This document shows, piece by piece, positions 30,966 to 42,903 of a stretch of DNA of 64,000 nucleotides (position 1 is the stretch's first letter; each line of letters starts with the position of its first letter). The translations under genes and the position numbers were made by a program. This stretch comes from an uncultured Bacillales bacterium. Lineage in GTDB: Bacteria > Bacillota_I > Bacilli_A > RF39 > UBA660. The notes beneath the pieces are model-generated. The model was not told where the DNA came from and searched no databases. It saw only the letters and a list, made by a program, of their open reading frames with translations. Location: NCBI GenBank assembly GCA_946624985.1, contig CAMOSQ010000003.1:1255-65254 (forward strand), written 5' to 3'.

Positions 30966-31346
30966 CTATTTTTCTTTTAGGTTTTCATCTTTAAGTTTAT
31001 TATATACATCTATTACGTCTAATAATTCTTGTTTTTCTTTGTAGTGTGGTATTACATGTAGATGATAGTGTTTTACTTCTTCGCATTCTCCGTTATTTTG
31101 TACAAATGTTATTCCGTCACAATCTAGTTTTGATGATATTAATTTTTTTATATATCTAGCAGTTTCTGTTATTTTTTTTAATGTTTCATTATCAATATCA
31201 TCTATATCTAAAAAATGTTTTTTTGGAATTATTAATGTATGTCCGTTTGTTTGTGGGTTTATGTCTAGGAATGCTAAAACTATATCGTCTTCATATAATT
31301 TGTATGCCGGTATTTCTCCACTTATTATTTTACAAAATATGTCCAT
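30966..31346 (-). CDS. HIT-family (histidine triad) hydrolase
   Basis: The HxHxHxx motif is present (HYHLHVIP). Length is 126 aa. Confidence 0.85.
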   Translation of the reverse strand: MDIFCKIISGEIPAYKLYEDDIVLAFLDINPQTNGHTLIIPKKHFLDIDDIDNETLKKITETARYIKKLISSKLDCDGITFVQNNGECEEVKHYHLHVIPHYKEKQELLDVIDVYNKLKDENLKEK

Positions 31347-31511
31347 ATGATCATCTCCATATTAATTATATCAAAAATTAAAAAAGAGTTTAACTCTTTT
31401 ACGTGAATATTTGCGAATATTCTATTTTATTATGTGAAATGTTATTTTTTTTAAACAAATAATTTTAAAAAATTATTATTTTATTGTATAATATTATGAG
31501 GAGATGATTTT

Positions 31512-32288
31512 ATGCATACTTTAAAAATTATTGATTTGTGTGTTAGTGTTGATGGCAAGCAAATTTTAAATAAATTAAATTTAGTGATTAATAGTGGTGA
31601 GATTCATGCAATTATGGGTCCAAATGGTACTGGTAAAAGTACTTTATCTAAAGTAATTATGGGTGATTCTAATTATAAAATAATGTCTGGTCATATTTAT
31701 TTTGATGATAAGGAAATTAATGATATGGCTGTTGATGAGAGAGCTCGTCTTGGTATTTTTTTAGGAATGCAGATGCCTATGGAGATTGAAGGAGTTAGTA
31801 ATGCTGATTTTCTTAGAACAGCTCTTCATAATAAGAATAGTGAATTTAAATTATATGATTTTATTAAGAAAATGAATAGTACTGTTGCTGATTTATCTAT
31901 GGATAAGGAAATGATTCATAGGGGTATTAATCAAGGTTTTTCTGGTGGAGAGAGAAAGAAAAATGAAATTTTACAAATGTATATGTTAGAGCCTAATACT
32001 GTTTTATTGGATGAGATTGATTCTGGACTTGATGTTGATAGTTTAAGGATTGTTGGGGAAGCTGTTATGAATTATTATAATCATGTTAAGCCTGGTATAC
32101 TTCTTATTACTCATTATCAAAGATTACTTGATTATATTAAGCCTGATTTCGTTCATATAATGATGGGTGGTTCTATTGTTAAAAGTGGCGATTTTTCTTT
32201 AGTTGATTTGATTGAAAAGTATGGATATGATTTAAATAAATTAGGAATTAGTACAAGTGTCGTAGAGGAAATTGGTTCTAATGAATAA
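31512..32288 (+). CDS. sufC: Fe-S cluster assembly ATPase SufC
   Basis: It has Walker A (GPNGTGKST), the ABC signature (FSGGERKK) and Walker B (LLDEIDSGLD). Confidence 0.9.
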   Translation: MHTLKIIDLCVSVDGKQILNKLNLVINSGEIHAIMGPNGTGKSTLSKVIMGDSNYKIMSGHIYFDDKEINDMAVDERARLGIFLGMQMPMEIEGVSNADFLRTALHNKNSEFKLYDFIKKMNSTVADLSMDKEMIHRGINQGFSGGERKKNEILQMYMLEPNTVLLDEIDSGLDVDSLRIVGEAVMNYYNHVKPGILLITHYQRLLDYIKPDFVHIMMGGSIVKSGDFSLVDLIEKYGYDLNKLGISTSVVEEIGSNE

Positions 32289-33066
32289 GATAATATTGGA
32301 TGATGTAAAAGTAGTTGATTCAGTTGTTGATGATTGTATTTCATATAATTTAATTGATAATGAGGATGTAAAGGTACTTAATATTGATGTTTTAGAATCT
32401 TGTGATTTGGATTTGGATTATAGGTTTTCGAGTGCTAAAGTAGAGGTATGTATTAATGTTTGTAGTAATATTATATTTAATGTTAATGAGATTATTAGTG
32501 GAGAAAGTGCTAAAGTTAGGACAAAGTATGTAATTGATGAGTCTAGTTTCGTTAATGTTTGTAAATTTAATAATATTGATAGTATTAAGGAATATTTTGT
32601 TTGTAATTTAAATGGAGTAGGTGCTTCTATTAATTATAATTTAAAGACTATTTCAATTAATCCTGAAAATTATGAATTTTTAGTTTATCATAATTTTAAA
32701 AATACTAATAGTAATATTTGTACAAATGGTGTTAGTATTAAAGACGGAAGTGTTTTATTTAATGTATCTTCTTTTATTGGTAAGGACATAACTGGTTGCG
32801 TTGCGTCTCAAGATAACAAAATTATTAATTTAAATGATAATGAATGTATTATTAAACCTAATTTGTATATTGATTGTGATGATGTTTCTGCAACTCATAG
32901 TGCATGGGTTGGTTCTTTTAGAGAGGATGAATTATTTTATTTACAGTCTAGAGGGATAGGCAGGGATGATGCTATTAGATTACTTATTTCTGGTTTTTTA
33001 ACTAGTAATATTTCAGATAGTTTATGTGATTATATAAAAAATATTCTAGATATGTATTGGAGGTGA
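32281..33066 (+). CDS. Short SufB/SufD-family Fe-S assembly protein
   Basis: The C-terminal segment LQSRGIGRDDAIRLLISGF is typical of the SufB/D beta-helix C-terminus. At 264 aa it is much shorter than canonical SufB or SufD. Confidence 0.55.
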   Translation: MNKIILDDVKVVDSVVDDCISYNLIDNEDVKVLNIDVLESCDLDLDYRFSSAKVEVCINVCSNIIFNVNEIISGESAKVRTKYVIDESSFVNVCKFNNIDSIKEYFVCNLNGVGASINYNLKTISINPENYEFLVYHNFKNTNSNICTNGVSIKDGSVLFNVSSFIGKDITGCVASQDNKIINLNDNECIIKPNLYIDCDDVSATHSAWVGSFREDELFYLQSRGIGRDDAIRLLISGFLTSNISDSLCDYIKNILDMYWR

Positions 33067-33070
33067 TTTT

Positions 33071-34267
33071 TTGAATCGTGATGATTTTTTAATGCTTAAT
33101 CGTGATATTATTTATTTTGATAATGGAGCGACTACTTTAAAGCCTAAGTGTTTAGTTGATGGTATTAGTGATTATTATAATAATTACAGCGCTAATGCAC
33201 ATAGGGGTGATTATGATATAAGTTTAAAGGTTGATATGATGTATGAGCATACTAGGGATCTTGTTCGTGATTTAATAGGTGCTTGTGATAGTAGTGAAAT
33301 TGTTTTTACTAGTGGTACAACTGATTCTTTAAATAAGATAATTTTTGGATATTTTAGGGATAAGTTAGTATCTGGTGATGAGGTAATTCTTACTAGAGCT
33401 GAGCATGCTTCTAATGTTTTACCTTGGTTTGAACTTAAGGATGAGTTGGATTTAAAATTAAGTTATATTTCTCTTAATGATGATTATGAGGTTACTCTTG
33501 ATAGTGTTAAGGAAAGTATTACTGATAAAACTCGAGTTATTTCTATTGCGCATATTAGTAATGTTGTTGGTGATATTAGGCCTATAAAGGATATTATTAA
33601 TTATGCACATTCAAAAGGAATTATTGTTATTGTTGATGGTGCTCAAAGTGTTCCACATGTTCCTATTGATGTAGTTGATATGGATATTGATTTTTTAGCT
33701 TTTTCTCTTCATAAGATGTGTGGTCCTACTGGTGTTGGTGTTTTATATGGTAAGAAGGAATTATTAAGTAATATTAAGCCATTAATTTATGGTGGTGGAA
33801 TGAATGCTAGTTTTAGTGATGATGGTGTTCGCGTTTATAAGGAACTTCCACATTTATTGGAAGCAGGAACTCCTAATATTGCTGATGTTATTGCTTCTGG
33901 AAAAGTTATTGAGTATTTAAATAATATTGGGTTAGATAAGATCTCTAGTTATGAATATGCTCTTAAGAAGTATGCGGTTGAGAAGTTATCTATGAATCCT
34001 AATATAATTATTTATAATAAGAATAGTAAGAGTGGTATTGTTACTTTTAATTATAAGGATGTTTTTGCTCAGGATTTGGCTATATATTTAAATAAGTATA
34101 ATATATGTGTTAGAGCAGGTAATCATTGTGCGAAAATTTTAAAAGAAGAGTTAAAGGTTAAGAATACTTGTAGGATTAGTTTTTATTTTTATAATACTTT
34201 TGATGAGATTGATAGATTATGTGAGGTTTTAAATAACCCTAATATTAAGGATGAGATTATTGGTTAG
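33071..34267 (+). CDS. sufS: Cysteine desulfurase SufS (class V aminotransferase)
   Basis: The PLP-lysine context is SLHKMCGPTGVGVLYG, and the C-terminal catalytic Cys region is RAGNHCA. It has a TTG start at 33071, or alternatively the ATG at 33092. Confidence 0.9.
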   Translation: MNRDDFLMLNRDIIYFDNGATTLKPKCLVDGISDYYNNYSANAHRGDYDISLKVDMMYEHTRDLVRDLIGACDSSEIVFTSGTTDSLNKIIFGYFRDKLVSGDEVILTRAEHASNVLPWFELKDELDLKLSYISLNDDYEVTLDSVKESITDKTRVISIAHISNVVGDIRPIKDIINYAHSKGIIVIVDGAQSVPHVPIDVVDMDIDFLAFSLHKMCGPTGVGVLYGKKELLSNIKPLIYGGGMNASFSDDGVRVYKELPHLLEAGTPNIADVIASGKVIEYLNNIGLDKISSYEYALKKYAVEKLSMNPNIIIYNKNSKSGIVTFNYKDVFAQDLAIYLNKYNICVRAGNHCAKILKEELKVKNTCRISFYFYNTFDEIDRLCEVLNNPNIKDEIIG

Positions 34268-34395
34268 AAAGTACTTTACTAAAGGTACTTTTTTTGATAC
34301 AATTATATTGTTTTATTGATTACGTAATTAAATTAATTATGATTACTTGCATATTTTTTATAAATATGATAAATTATTACAGTGAGGTGGATTAA

Positions 34396-34608
34396 ATGTT
34401 TGTATTATTAATCATAGTATCAATTTTATTGGTTGCTTTAGTTTTACTTCAAAGTGGTAAGGCTGAAAGTGCATCAAATATAATTACTGGTGGTAATGAT
34501 GATTTATTTGCTAATCGTAAGGAAAGAGGCGGAGAGTTATTTATTACTCGTTTGACTTTAGGATTAGGAATTGTTTTTATGTTGATATGTGCTTTTTATG
34601 GTTTATAA
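34396..34608 (+). CDS. secG: Preprotein translocase subunit SecG
   Basis: It is a 70-aa two-TM protein with the LLQSGK motif. Confidence 0.75.
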   Translation: MFVLLIIVSILLVALVLLQSGKAESASNIITGGNDDLFANRKERGGELFITRLTLGLGIVFMLICAFYGL

Positions 34609-34665
34609 GATGTTTTACATCTTTTTTTTTATTTAATTTGGTGTTATTATTAATATGGTGATGAT

Positions 34666-35007
34666 ATGGAAAAGATTGAAAGAAAAAGTATGGCTAAATA
34701 TATTGTTAGTTATTTAAATTATGTTGATGATAATATTGATACTGCTGATGATAAATTTATTGCTAATCATTTGATTAAGATTGGTTTTTTTCAACATGAA
34801 AGAATGATTCATTTGATTGTTACTGTTACTTATGCAGTTATTGATTTATTGGCGTTTTTTTTAGGAAGTGTTTTTAATAATATTTTTGTTATTATTTTTG
34901 GATATATGATAATGTGTTTTTTAATACCATATATTTATCATTATTTTCTTTTAGAAAATTGTGTTCAAAAGATGTATAGACAATATGATTTAATGAATAA
35001 TAAGTAA
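34666..35007 (+). CDS. Hypothetical membrane protein
   Basis: 113 aa, two TM helices. Confidence 0.35.
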   Translation: MEKIERKSMAKYIVSYLNYVDDNIDTADDKFIANHLIKIGFFQHERMIHLIVTVTYAVIDLLAFFLGSVFNNIFVIIFGYMIMCFLIPYIYHYFLLENCVQKMYRQYDLMNNK

Positions 35008-35057
35008 TATTTTAGTATTATCCTAATATAATCTAATAGATATATAAGGAGGATAAT

Positions 35058-35567
35058 ATGATAAATAAAAGAAATTTATGGTTTTTGACTTTGTTTAGTT
35101 TAATTTTAGTACTTAGTGTTTATTATATAACTATGCCTAGTGAGTTGCTTATTTCTAATGATGGTGATTATAATTTGGAACCAGTATCTTCTGAATCTGA
35201 ACCTGTTGTTAGTACTAATGAGAGTAGTATTTTGACTGCTCTTAGAATTGAGGCTGAAGAGAAAGTTAGTTCTGAAATAGAGGAACTTCAAGCTATTTTA
35301 GTTAATGCTGATGCTACTCCTGAGGAAAAAAATAATGCATATGAAAAAATTAAGAGTATTAATAATGTAAGAACTGAGGAGGAAAAGTTAGAGAAGCAAA
35401 TAACAGATGCATATTCTTTAAAGTCTTTTGTTAAAATTGATGGTGATCAAATAAGGGTTGTTATTGAAAGTGATAAGCACGATAGTGGTATTGCGAATAA
35501 TATAATACGTCTTATTCAAAAAAATTATGATAATGATAAGTATATATCTGTAAAGTTTCAGGTGTAA
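35058..35567 (+). CDS. spoIIIAH: Stage III sporulation protein AH
   Basis: The N-terminal TM segment LTLFSLILVLSVYYI matches the SpoIIIAH one (LTMLSLVVVLSVYYI). The C-terminal region matches the YscJ/FliF-like domain (...RVVIESDKHDSG...). Confidence 0.75.
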   Translation: MINKRNLWFLTLFSLILVLSVYYITMPSELLISNDGDYNLEPVSSESEPVVSTNESSILTALRIEAEEKVSSEIEELQAILVNADATPEEKNNAYEKIKSINNVRTEEEKLEKQITDAYSLKSFVKIDGDQIRVVIESDKHDSGIANNIIRLIQKNYDNDKYISVKFQV

Positions 35568-35572
35568 ATAAA

Positions 35573-35638
35573 ATCCCTCACTGTTTTTGATATTTTACAT
35601 ATAATATTGTGAGTATAAGCCACCCAGCAGGAAGTGAG
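35573..35638 (+). promoter_or_regulatory. 8-bp inverted repeat enclosing the gerE promoter/RBS region
   Basis: CCCTCACT (35573-35580) pairs with AGTGAGGG (35631-35638). The 3' arm contains the gerE Shine-Dalgarno sequence. Confidence 0.35.
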
Positions 35639-35645
35639 GGAAATA

Positions 35646-35852
35646 ATGTCTAAAGGTATTCTTACAAAAAGAGAAAAAGAGGTTTTTGATTTATTAATTC
35701 AAAATAAAATAACTTCTGAGATAGCTGATAAGTTGGATATAAGTGAAAAAACTGTTAGAAATCATATATCTAATGTTATGCAGAAGTTAGGAGTTAAGGG
35801 GCGTGCAGCAGCTGTTGTTGAACTTTTAAAAATTGGAGAAATTTCTTTATAA
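35646..35852 (+). CDS. gerE: Sporulation transcription regulator GerE (LuxR-type HTH)
   Basis: LTKREKEVFDLLIQNKITSEIADKLDISEKTVRNHISNVMQKLGVKGRAAAVVELL is nearly collinear with B. subtilis GerE. Confidence 0.85.
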   Translation: MSKGILTKREKEVFDLLIQNKITSEIADKLDISEKTVRNHISNVMQKLGVKGRAAAVVELLKIGEISL

Positions 35853-35880
35853 AAGTACATTTTATGTACTTTTTTTCATA
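35853..35880 (+). terminator. gerE terminator
   Basis: AAGTACAT-ttt-ATGTACTT followed by TTTTT. The ATG at 35864 used by the ORF track for the next gene lies inside this hairpin. Confidence 0.65.
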
Positions 35881-35902
35881 TTCTTTATTAGAGGTGGAGT
35901 TT

Positions 35903-36865
35903 GTGCTAAGAAAAATTTTTTTTAGAAAAGTTTTAATTTTTGCGTCAGCATTATTTGCTTTGTTTTTAATATATTTAGTTCCTACAGATAATGTAAATAG
36001 GTTGGAAAATGTTCGTAAAGAGGTTATGTATGTAGATAGTTCTGTTCCTGTTAATGATATTTTTTTGCTTGATAGTCATAATATGGTTAGTTTGACTAGT
36101 GTTATGGTTGGTGCGGATGATTTGGATACAAGGGTCAAAGAGTTGGTTGAGTCTTTAATTATTGGTAGTTCTCGTGAGGATTTATTACCAAATGGTTTTA
36201 AACCTATTATACCTAGTGATACTAAAATATTAAGTATAGGTATTGAAAATGATATTGTTAAGGTTGATTTTTCTAAAGAGCTTTTAGATATTGATGTTTC
36301 TTTGGAGGAAAAAATGATTTCTTCAATTGTTTATACTTTAACAAGTCTAGATGATATTAATGGTGTAATGATTTTTGTTGATGGTAATATATTAAATAGA
36401 CTTCCTAAGAGTGGTGTAACGTTACCTAGTACTCTTGATAGAAGTTTTGGAATTAATAAGGAGTATGATGTTACTAGTAGTAAGGATATTACGAGTGTTA
36501 CAACTTATTTTGTAGGTAAAAATAATGATTTATATTATTATATTCCAGTTACGAAGTATATGAATGATGATAGGGAAAAGATTAAAATAGTTATTGAAGA
36601 GTTAAAAAGTTCTAATGTTTATAATACTAATTTGATGAGTTTTTTAAATTCTAATACTAAGCTTATTAGTGTAGAGAAGAGTTTAGATGTTTTAAATCTC
36701 AATTTTAATGAATATTTATATAGTGATTTGGATACTCATGATATTTTAGAGGAGGTTATTTATACAATTTGTTTATCTATTCATGATAATTATGATGTTA
36801 AAGAGGTTGTTTTTAATGTTAATAACGAAGAAATTTATAAAAGTGTTTTAAAAAGTATTGAATAA
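35903..36865 (+). CDS. gerM: Germination protein GerM (two GerMN domains, membrane-anchored)
   Basis: LLPNGFKPIIPSDTKILSIGIENDIVKVDFSKE and YYYIPVTKYMNDDREKIKIVIEELK align with B. subtilis GerM. The likely start is the GTG at 35903, after the GAGGTGGAG RBS, rather than the ATG at 35864 inside the terminator. Confidence 0.7.
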   Translation: MLRKIFFRKVLIFASALFALFLIYLVPTDNVNRLENVRKEVMYVDSSVPVNDIFLLDSHNMVSLTSVMVGADDLDTRVKELVESLIIGSSREDLLPNGFKPIIPSDTKILSIGIENDIVKVDFSKELLDIDVSLEEKMISSIVYTLTSLDDINGVMIFVDGNILNRLPKSGVTLPSTLDRSFGINKEYDVTSSKDITSVTTYFVGKNNDLYYYIPVTKYMNDDREKIKIVIEELKSSNVYNTNLMSFLNSNTKLISVEKSLDVLNLNFNEYLYSDLDTHDILEEVIYTICLSIHDNYDVKEVVFNVNNEEIYKSVLKSIE

Positions 36866-36909
36866 ATGTTTATTTTATTGTATAATTAGTTTGTTCTTTT
36901 GAACGAACT

Positions 36910-36986
<77 letters not shown>

Positions 36987-36997
36987 CTTTGAAAATA

Positions 36998-37023
36998 ACC
37001 TAGGAATTTCCTGGGTTTTTAAG
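36998..37023 (+). terminator. Terminator after tRNA-Arg
   Basis: CCTAGGAA-t-TTCCTGGG followed by TTTTT. Confidence 0.6.
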
Positions 37024-37174
37024 TTGATAAATATATATTTTATGATATTATTTTTATGTAAGGAATATGAGCTCGAATTATTATATTTCTTATCTTAATA
37101 GTGATAATTTCTATTGAAATTGTCAAAAAAAACATAATTTGCTTTGTGCTTATTATGTTTTTTGTTTATAAATT

Positions 37175-37672
37175 TTAGTCATTTACTATTGAAGGTTTAG
37201 TATTTAACATATAGCTTTCTAACATAAAACTTCCACTTATGTTGCCACATGAACCAGCATTTGATGCTTCATAGTCTAATTCGTTTCCATTGCTTTTTTT
37301 TGGAAAAATAATGTTTTTTTCACCGTTTAGTGTAAGACTTGTTTCTGTTTCTGTGTATGTTCCACTTAATTTATTAACACCTTCACAGTTGTTTACATAG
37401 AAATCGTATTTTCCATTTGAGTATAGCTTTAATGTTGTGTACATATCTGGTCCATTATTTGTTGTATATCCGAAGAAACGGTATGTTCTTACAGATTGAT
37501 CTTGATTGCCTGTATTTTCAGTTTTAGTTGTATTATCTGTAGTGTTATTTGTAGATATTTCATTTTCATTTGGTGACTGATTAAAGAAAATATAACATCC
37601 CAAGATAGAAACTGCTACACATAGTATTGTTATTATGATATAAAGATTCGAATTCGTAGTTTGTTTTTCCAC
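37175..37672 (-). CDS. Predicted lipoprotein, unknown function
   Basis: The signal peptide has a lipobox (AVSILGC). The mature protein is rich in N/T. Confidence 0.45.
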   Translation of the reverse strand: MEKQTTNSNLYIIITILCVAVSILGCYIFFNQSPNENEISTNNTTDNTTKTENTGNQDQSVRTYRFFGYTTNNGPDMYTTLKLYSNGKYDFYVNNCEGVNKLSGTYTETETSLTLNGEKNIIFPKKSNGNELDYEASNAGSCGNISGSFMLESYMLNTKPSIVND

Positions 37673-37790
37673 AATATTTCTCCTTTCTATATGAAATTAT
37701 AGTAATTTTAATTATTAAAGTCAATTTTCTATTTTTTTTAAAAGTGTTATAAATTAATTATTAATGTGTATTATAATAATGGGCGATAAT

Positions 37791-38867
37791 ATGGATAAAA
37801 TAGTTTTATTGATAATTTTTTTTATTATGCTTATTGTTTTATTTTTAATTTTATATAAACCTTTTGGTGGTGTTCCTAATAAAGATGATTTTAAAAAATA
37901 TTTAAAAAGATCATCTATTATTAGAAATGAAAAATTTATTAATACAGCTATAGATAGAAAGTATGTTGATTTATATAGTAATAGGACTACTAATAAGGGT
38001 GTTAAACCTAGGGATAAGTTTTTAGTTAAACGATTTTCATATGTTAGTAGTTATGATAAAGATGATGTTTTAATTACCTGGTTTGGTCATTCTACAATTT
38101 TAATACAAATGAGTGGATTAAATATTTTAATTGATCCTATGTTTTCGTTTGTTTCTTCTCCTATATTTATTGGACCTAAGAGATTTAGTGATTTACCATG
38201 TTGTATAGATGGTTTACCGGATATTGATGTTGTTATAGTTACTCATGATCACTATGATCATTTAGATTATGATAGTATTAAAGAGTTAGATAAAAAAACA
38301 AGTAGGTTTATTGTTCCGCTAGGTATTGAAAAGGATTTAGAAAAATTTGGTGTTGATAGAAGTAAGATAATTAATATGGCTTGGTGGGAAGAAGTTCATA
38401 TTCTTGGTTTAACAATTGGATGTACTCCTTCTAGACATTATTCTGGGAGATTTAAGTTAGATGATGGTAAGTCTTTATATTCGTCTTTTATTTTTAGTGA
38501 TTCTTATAATACTATATTTTATAGTGGTGATACTGGTTATGGTGATCATTTTAATGAAATTGGTAAAAAATATGATATTGATTTTTCAATGCTTGATTCT
38601 GGACAATATAATGTTAAGTCACATGGTTATCATATGTTTCCTGAGGAAGCGGTTAGAGCTTCTATTGATTTAAAATCAAATTTATCTATGCCTGTTCATT
38701 GGGGGACGTTTGTTTTATCTAATCATTCTTTTGATGATCCAGTTAATAGATTTGTTATGAAGGCTAAGGAAGATTGTGTTAATTATATGATGCCTAAAAT
38801 TGGTCAAACTGTTAGTATAAAAGATTATAAAAGTTATCAAGATGAATGGTGGAAGAATATAAAATAA
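37791..38867 (+). CDS. MBL-fold metallo-hydrolase (NAPE-PLD-like) with N-terminal membrane anchor
   Basis: The HxHxDH motif is VTHDHYDHLD. The ATG at 37791 is preferred over the ORF-track start at 37764. Confidence 0.7.
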   Translation: MDKIVLLIIFFIMLIVLFLILYKPFGGVPNKDDFKKYLKRSSIIRNEKFINTAIDRKYVDLYSNRTTNKGVKPRDKFLVKRFSYVSSYDKDDVLITWFGHSTILIQMSGLNILIDPMFSFVSSPIFIGPKRFSDLPCCIDGLPDIDVVIVTHDHYDHLDYDSIKELDKKTSRFIVPLGIEKDLEKFGVDRSKIINMAWWEEVHILGLTIGCTPSRHYSGRFKLDDGKSLYSSFIFSDSYNTIFYSGDTGYGDHFNEIGKKYDIDFSMLDSGQYNVKSHGYHMFPEEAVRASIDLKSNLSMPVHWGTFVLSNHSFDDPVNRFVMKAKEDCVNYMMPKIGQTVSIKDYKSYQDEWWKNIK

Positions 38868-38920
38868 TATTATTATTGTATAAAATTAATAAGTTTCATC
38901 ATAATATAAATGGTGATAAT

Positions 38921-39394
38921 ATGGAAAAAGAAAAAAATAATATTAAGAATGAATCAGAAAATCAATGTAGTGAAAATATTAATGCTTTAGATGAGATTTG
39001 TAAGGGTGCTTGTATGGGAATGGACGCTATTCATTTTATTCTTGATAAGCTTGATAATGAAGATTTAAAGGAATATCTTAATAAAGATTATGAAAAATAT
39101 GAAAAGATTAAGAATGAAATTGAAGAAATTTATCCAGAGTATAATGATGGTAAACCTCATGAGACAGGTCCTATTAATAGGGCAATGACATGGTATAATG
39201 TTGAGATGAAAACACTTACTGATGATTCTACTAGTAAGATTGCTGAATTATTACTTCAAGGTATTAATATGGGAATTATTGAAGGTAGAAGAATTTTAAA
39301 TAAGAAATTGATTGATAATAAGGTTAGTGAAATTGTTTCTGAATATGTTTCTATGCAAGAGATGAGTATGGAAGTTGTTAAAAAGTATCTATAA
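38921..39394 (+). CDS. Hypothetical protein
   Basis: The ATG at 38921 has a GGTGA RBS. No motif is recognised. Confidence 0.35.
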   Translation: MEKEKNNIKNESENQCSENINALDEICKGACMGMDAIHFILDKLDNEDLKEYLNKDYEKYEKIKNEIEEIYPEYNDGKPHETGPINRAMTWYNVEMKTLTDDSTSKIAELLLQGINMGIIEGRRILNKKLIDNKVSEIVSEYVSMQEMSMEVVKKYL

Positions 39395-39430
39395 AATAAA
39401 TTTTATAGATATTTTATTTTTTAGTTCAAA

Positions 39431-39850
39431 ATGCATGATTTTTTTTGTAAAATTGAAAATGTTTCATCTAAGAAGGCTGATAGTAGTTCTATTAATTCTA
39501 ATGATGTTGAGGATAGTAATTATGCTGATTGGATGAATTATATTTTGAAGCAAGATATTAAAAGTATTACTCTTAGTAGAACAACAATTGATCCTGAAGC
39601 CGAACAAACAAATAATACAAAGGTTTATTTAATAGTTGATCAATTAAAGGATGTTTTTTCAAAATTTAATAGTTATAATTTAGATAAGACATATTTTCAG
39701 GGTAAAGGTAGTTTACGTGATTCTTTAATTATTTCATATTCTATTGATGGTATTAATTATGATGTTAAGATAGAGGATGCATTTATATCTACAAATATAA
39801 GTGATTCTAGTTTTTTATCTGCTCTTGAGAGTAGTAAGCATAGTGAATGA
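39431..39850 (+). CDS. Hypothetical protein
   Basis: 139-aa ORF, no motif. Confidence 0.3.
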   Translation: MHDFFCKIENVSSKKADSSSINSNDVEDSNYADWMNYILKQDIKSITLSRTTIDPEAEQTNNTKVYLIVDQLKDVFSKFNSYNLDKTYFQGKGSLRDSLIISYSIDGINYDVKIEDAFISTNISDSSFLSALESSKHSE

Positions 39851-40001
39851 GAATTTATTGAAGGTGCTAATTATGCTTATGTATTTAAGGATTATAATTC
39901 TTCTATTCTTGACGAATATTTTAAATAAGATAACGAAAGTTATCTTTTTTTGTGGCAAAAGTTATTGTTTTTTAGTAAAATAATAATAGGGAAGTGAAAT
40001 A

Positions 40002-41135
40002 ATGAAAGGATATAATAAGAAAAGATTATTTTTATTAGTATTAGTTATTGTTTTGATTATTAGTTTTATTTTAGCGTTTATTTTTATTAAGTCTAAGTCT
40101 TTAGATATAAAGTATGATAAGAATGTTGTTGTTAATCTAAATGATGAAGTATATGATATTGATAATATTACTATATTAAAAAATGGTAGTTTTGTTAATG
40201 ATAAGGTTCTTTTAGATACTTCCAAAGTTGGTGTACAGGAGGTTATGGTTATTGTTAAAAATTCTTTTAATAGAAATAAAGAAATTTCTTATAAATTAGA
40301 AGTTAAGGATAATGAAGGCCCAGTTATTAATTATAAGAATTTAAGTACAGAGGTTGGTAAGGATATTGATTTACTTGCTGGTGTTAGCGCTTTGGATAAT
40401 TCAGGTGAGTCTATTAGTGTTAGTGTTGAGGGTGATTATGATATTAATACTATAGGTGATTATAATTTGTATTATGTTGCTAGTGATTCTAGTGGAAATA
40501 CTACTCGAGATGAGTTTACTTTGACTGTTAAGCAAAAAAGAACTTCTGGATATCAAATTATGCCTGATAGAGAATTTAAGACTTCGAAGGGTTTTCCTGC
40601 TAAGACTAAGGATGGGTTTACATATGTTGATGGTTATTTAATTGTTAATAAAACATATAGTATTCCTTCTACTTATAATCCAGGTCTAGATAAAGATGTT
40701 CAGGCTCAAGCTAATTTAATGTTTGCTGATGCTAAAGCACTTGGCTTAAATATTTATATTTCTAGTGGGTTTAGATCGTTTTCTTATCAAACAACTTTGT
40801 ATAATCGTTATGTTAGTCAGGATGGAAAAGAGATGGCTGATACTTATTCTGCTCGTCCAGGTCATTCTGAGCATCAAACTGGTCTTGCATTTGACGTAAA
40901 TCAAATTGATAATTCTTTTGCTGATACACCTGAGGGTAAATGGATGGCTAATAATTGTTATAAGTATGGATTTATTTTAAGATATCCTAAGGGTAAGACT
41001 AATGAAACTGGTTATATGTATGAATCTTGGCATTTTAGATATGTTGGTACTGAGTTAGCTGAAAAATTATATAACAATGGTGACTGGATTACTATGGAGT
41101 CTTATTTTGGTCTTACTAGTGAGTATGATTATTAA
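40002..41135 (+). CDS. Membrane-anchored D-alanyl-D-alanine carboxypeptidase (M15B/VanY-like) with Ig-like (DUF5011-type) domain
   Basis: The M15 motifs are SGFRSFSYQ, GHSEHQTGLAFDV and ESWHFRYVG. There is an N-terminal TM helix. Confidence 0.8.
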   Translation: MKGYNKKRLFLLVLVIVLIISFILAFIFIKSKSLDIKYDKNVVVNLNDEVYDIDNITILKNGSFVNDKVLLDTSKVGVQEVMVIVKNSFNRNKEISYKLEVKDNEGPVINYKNLSTEVGKDIDLLAGVSALDNSGESISVSVEGDYDINTIGDYNLYYVASDSSGNTTRDEFTLTVKQKRTSGYQIMPDREFKTSKGFPAKTKDGFTYVDGYLIVNKTYSIPSTYNPGLDKDVQAQANLMFADAKALGLNIYISSGFRSFSYQTTLYNRYVSQDGKEMADTYSARPGHSEHQTGLAFDVNQIDNSFADTPEGKWMANNCYKYGFILRYPKGKTNETGYMYESWHFRYVGTELAEKLYNNGDWITMESYFGLTSEYDY

Positions 41136-41176
41136 TTTTAAAAATTTTTATAAAAGTATTTTAATGATATTATTAA

Positions 41177-42862
<1,686 letters not shown>

Positions 42863-42903
42863 TTTAAAAAAATCAAGGAAAAATTAATGAAATTTCCTTG
42901 ATT

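Noticed and set aside
35864-35902. ATG at 35864 as the gerM start
   Set aside because: This ATG lies inside the gerE terminator hairpin. The GTG at 35903 has a proper RBS.
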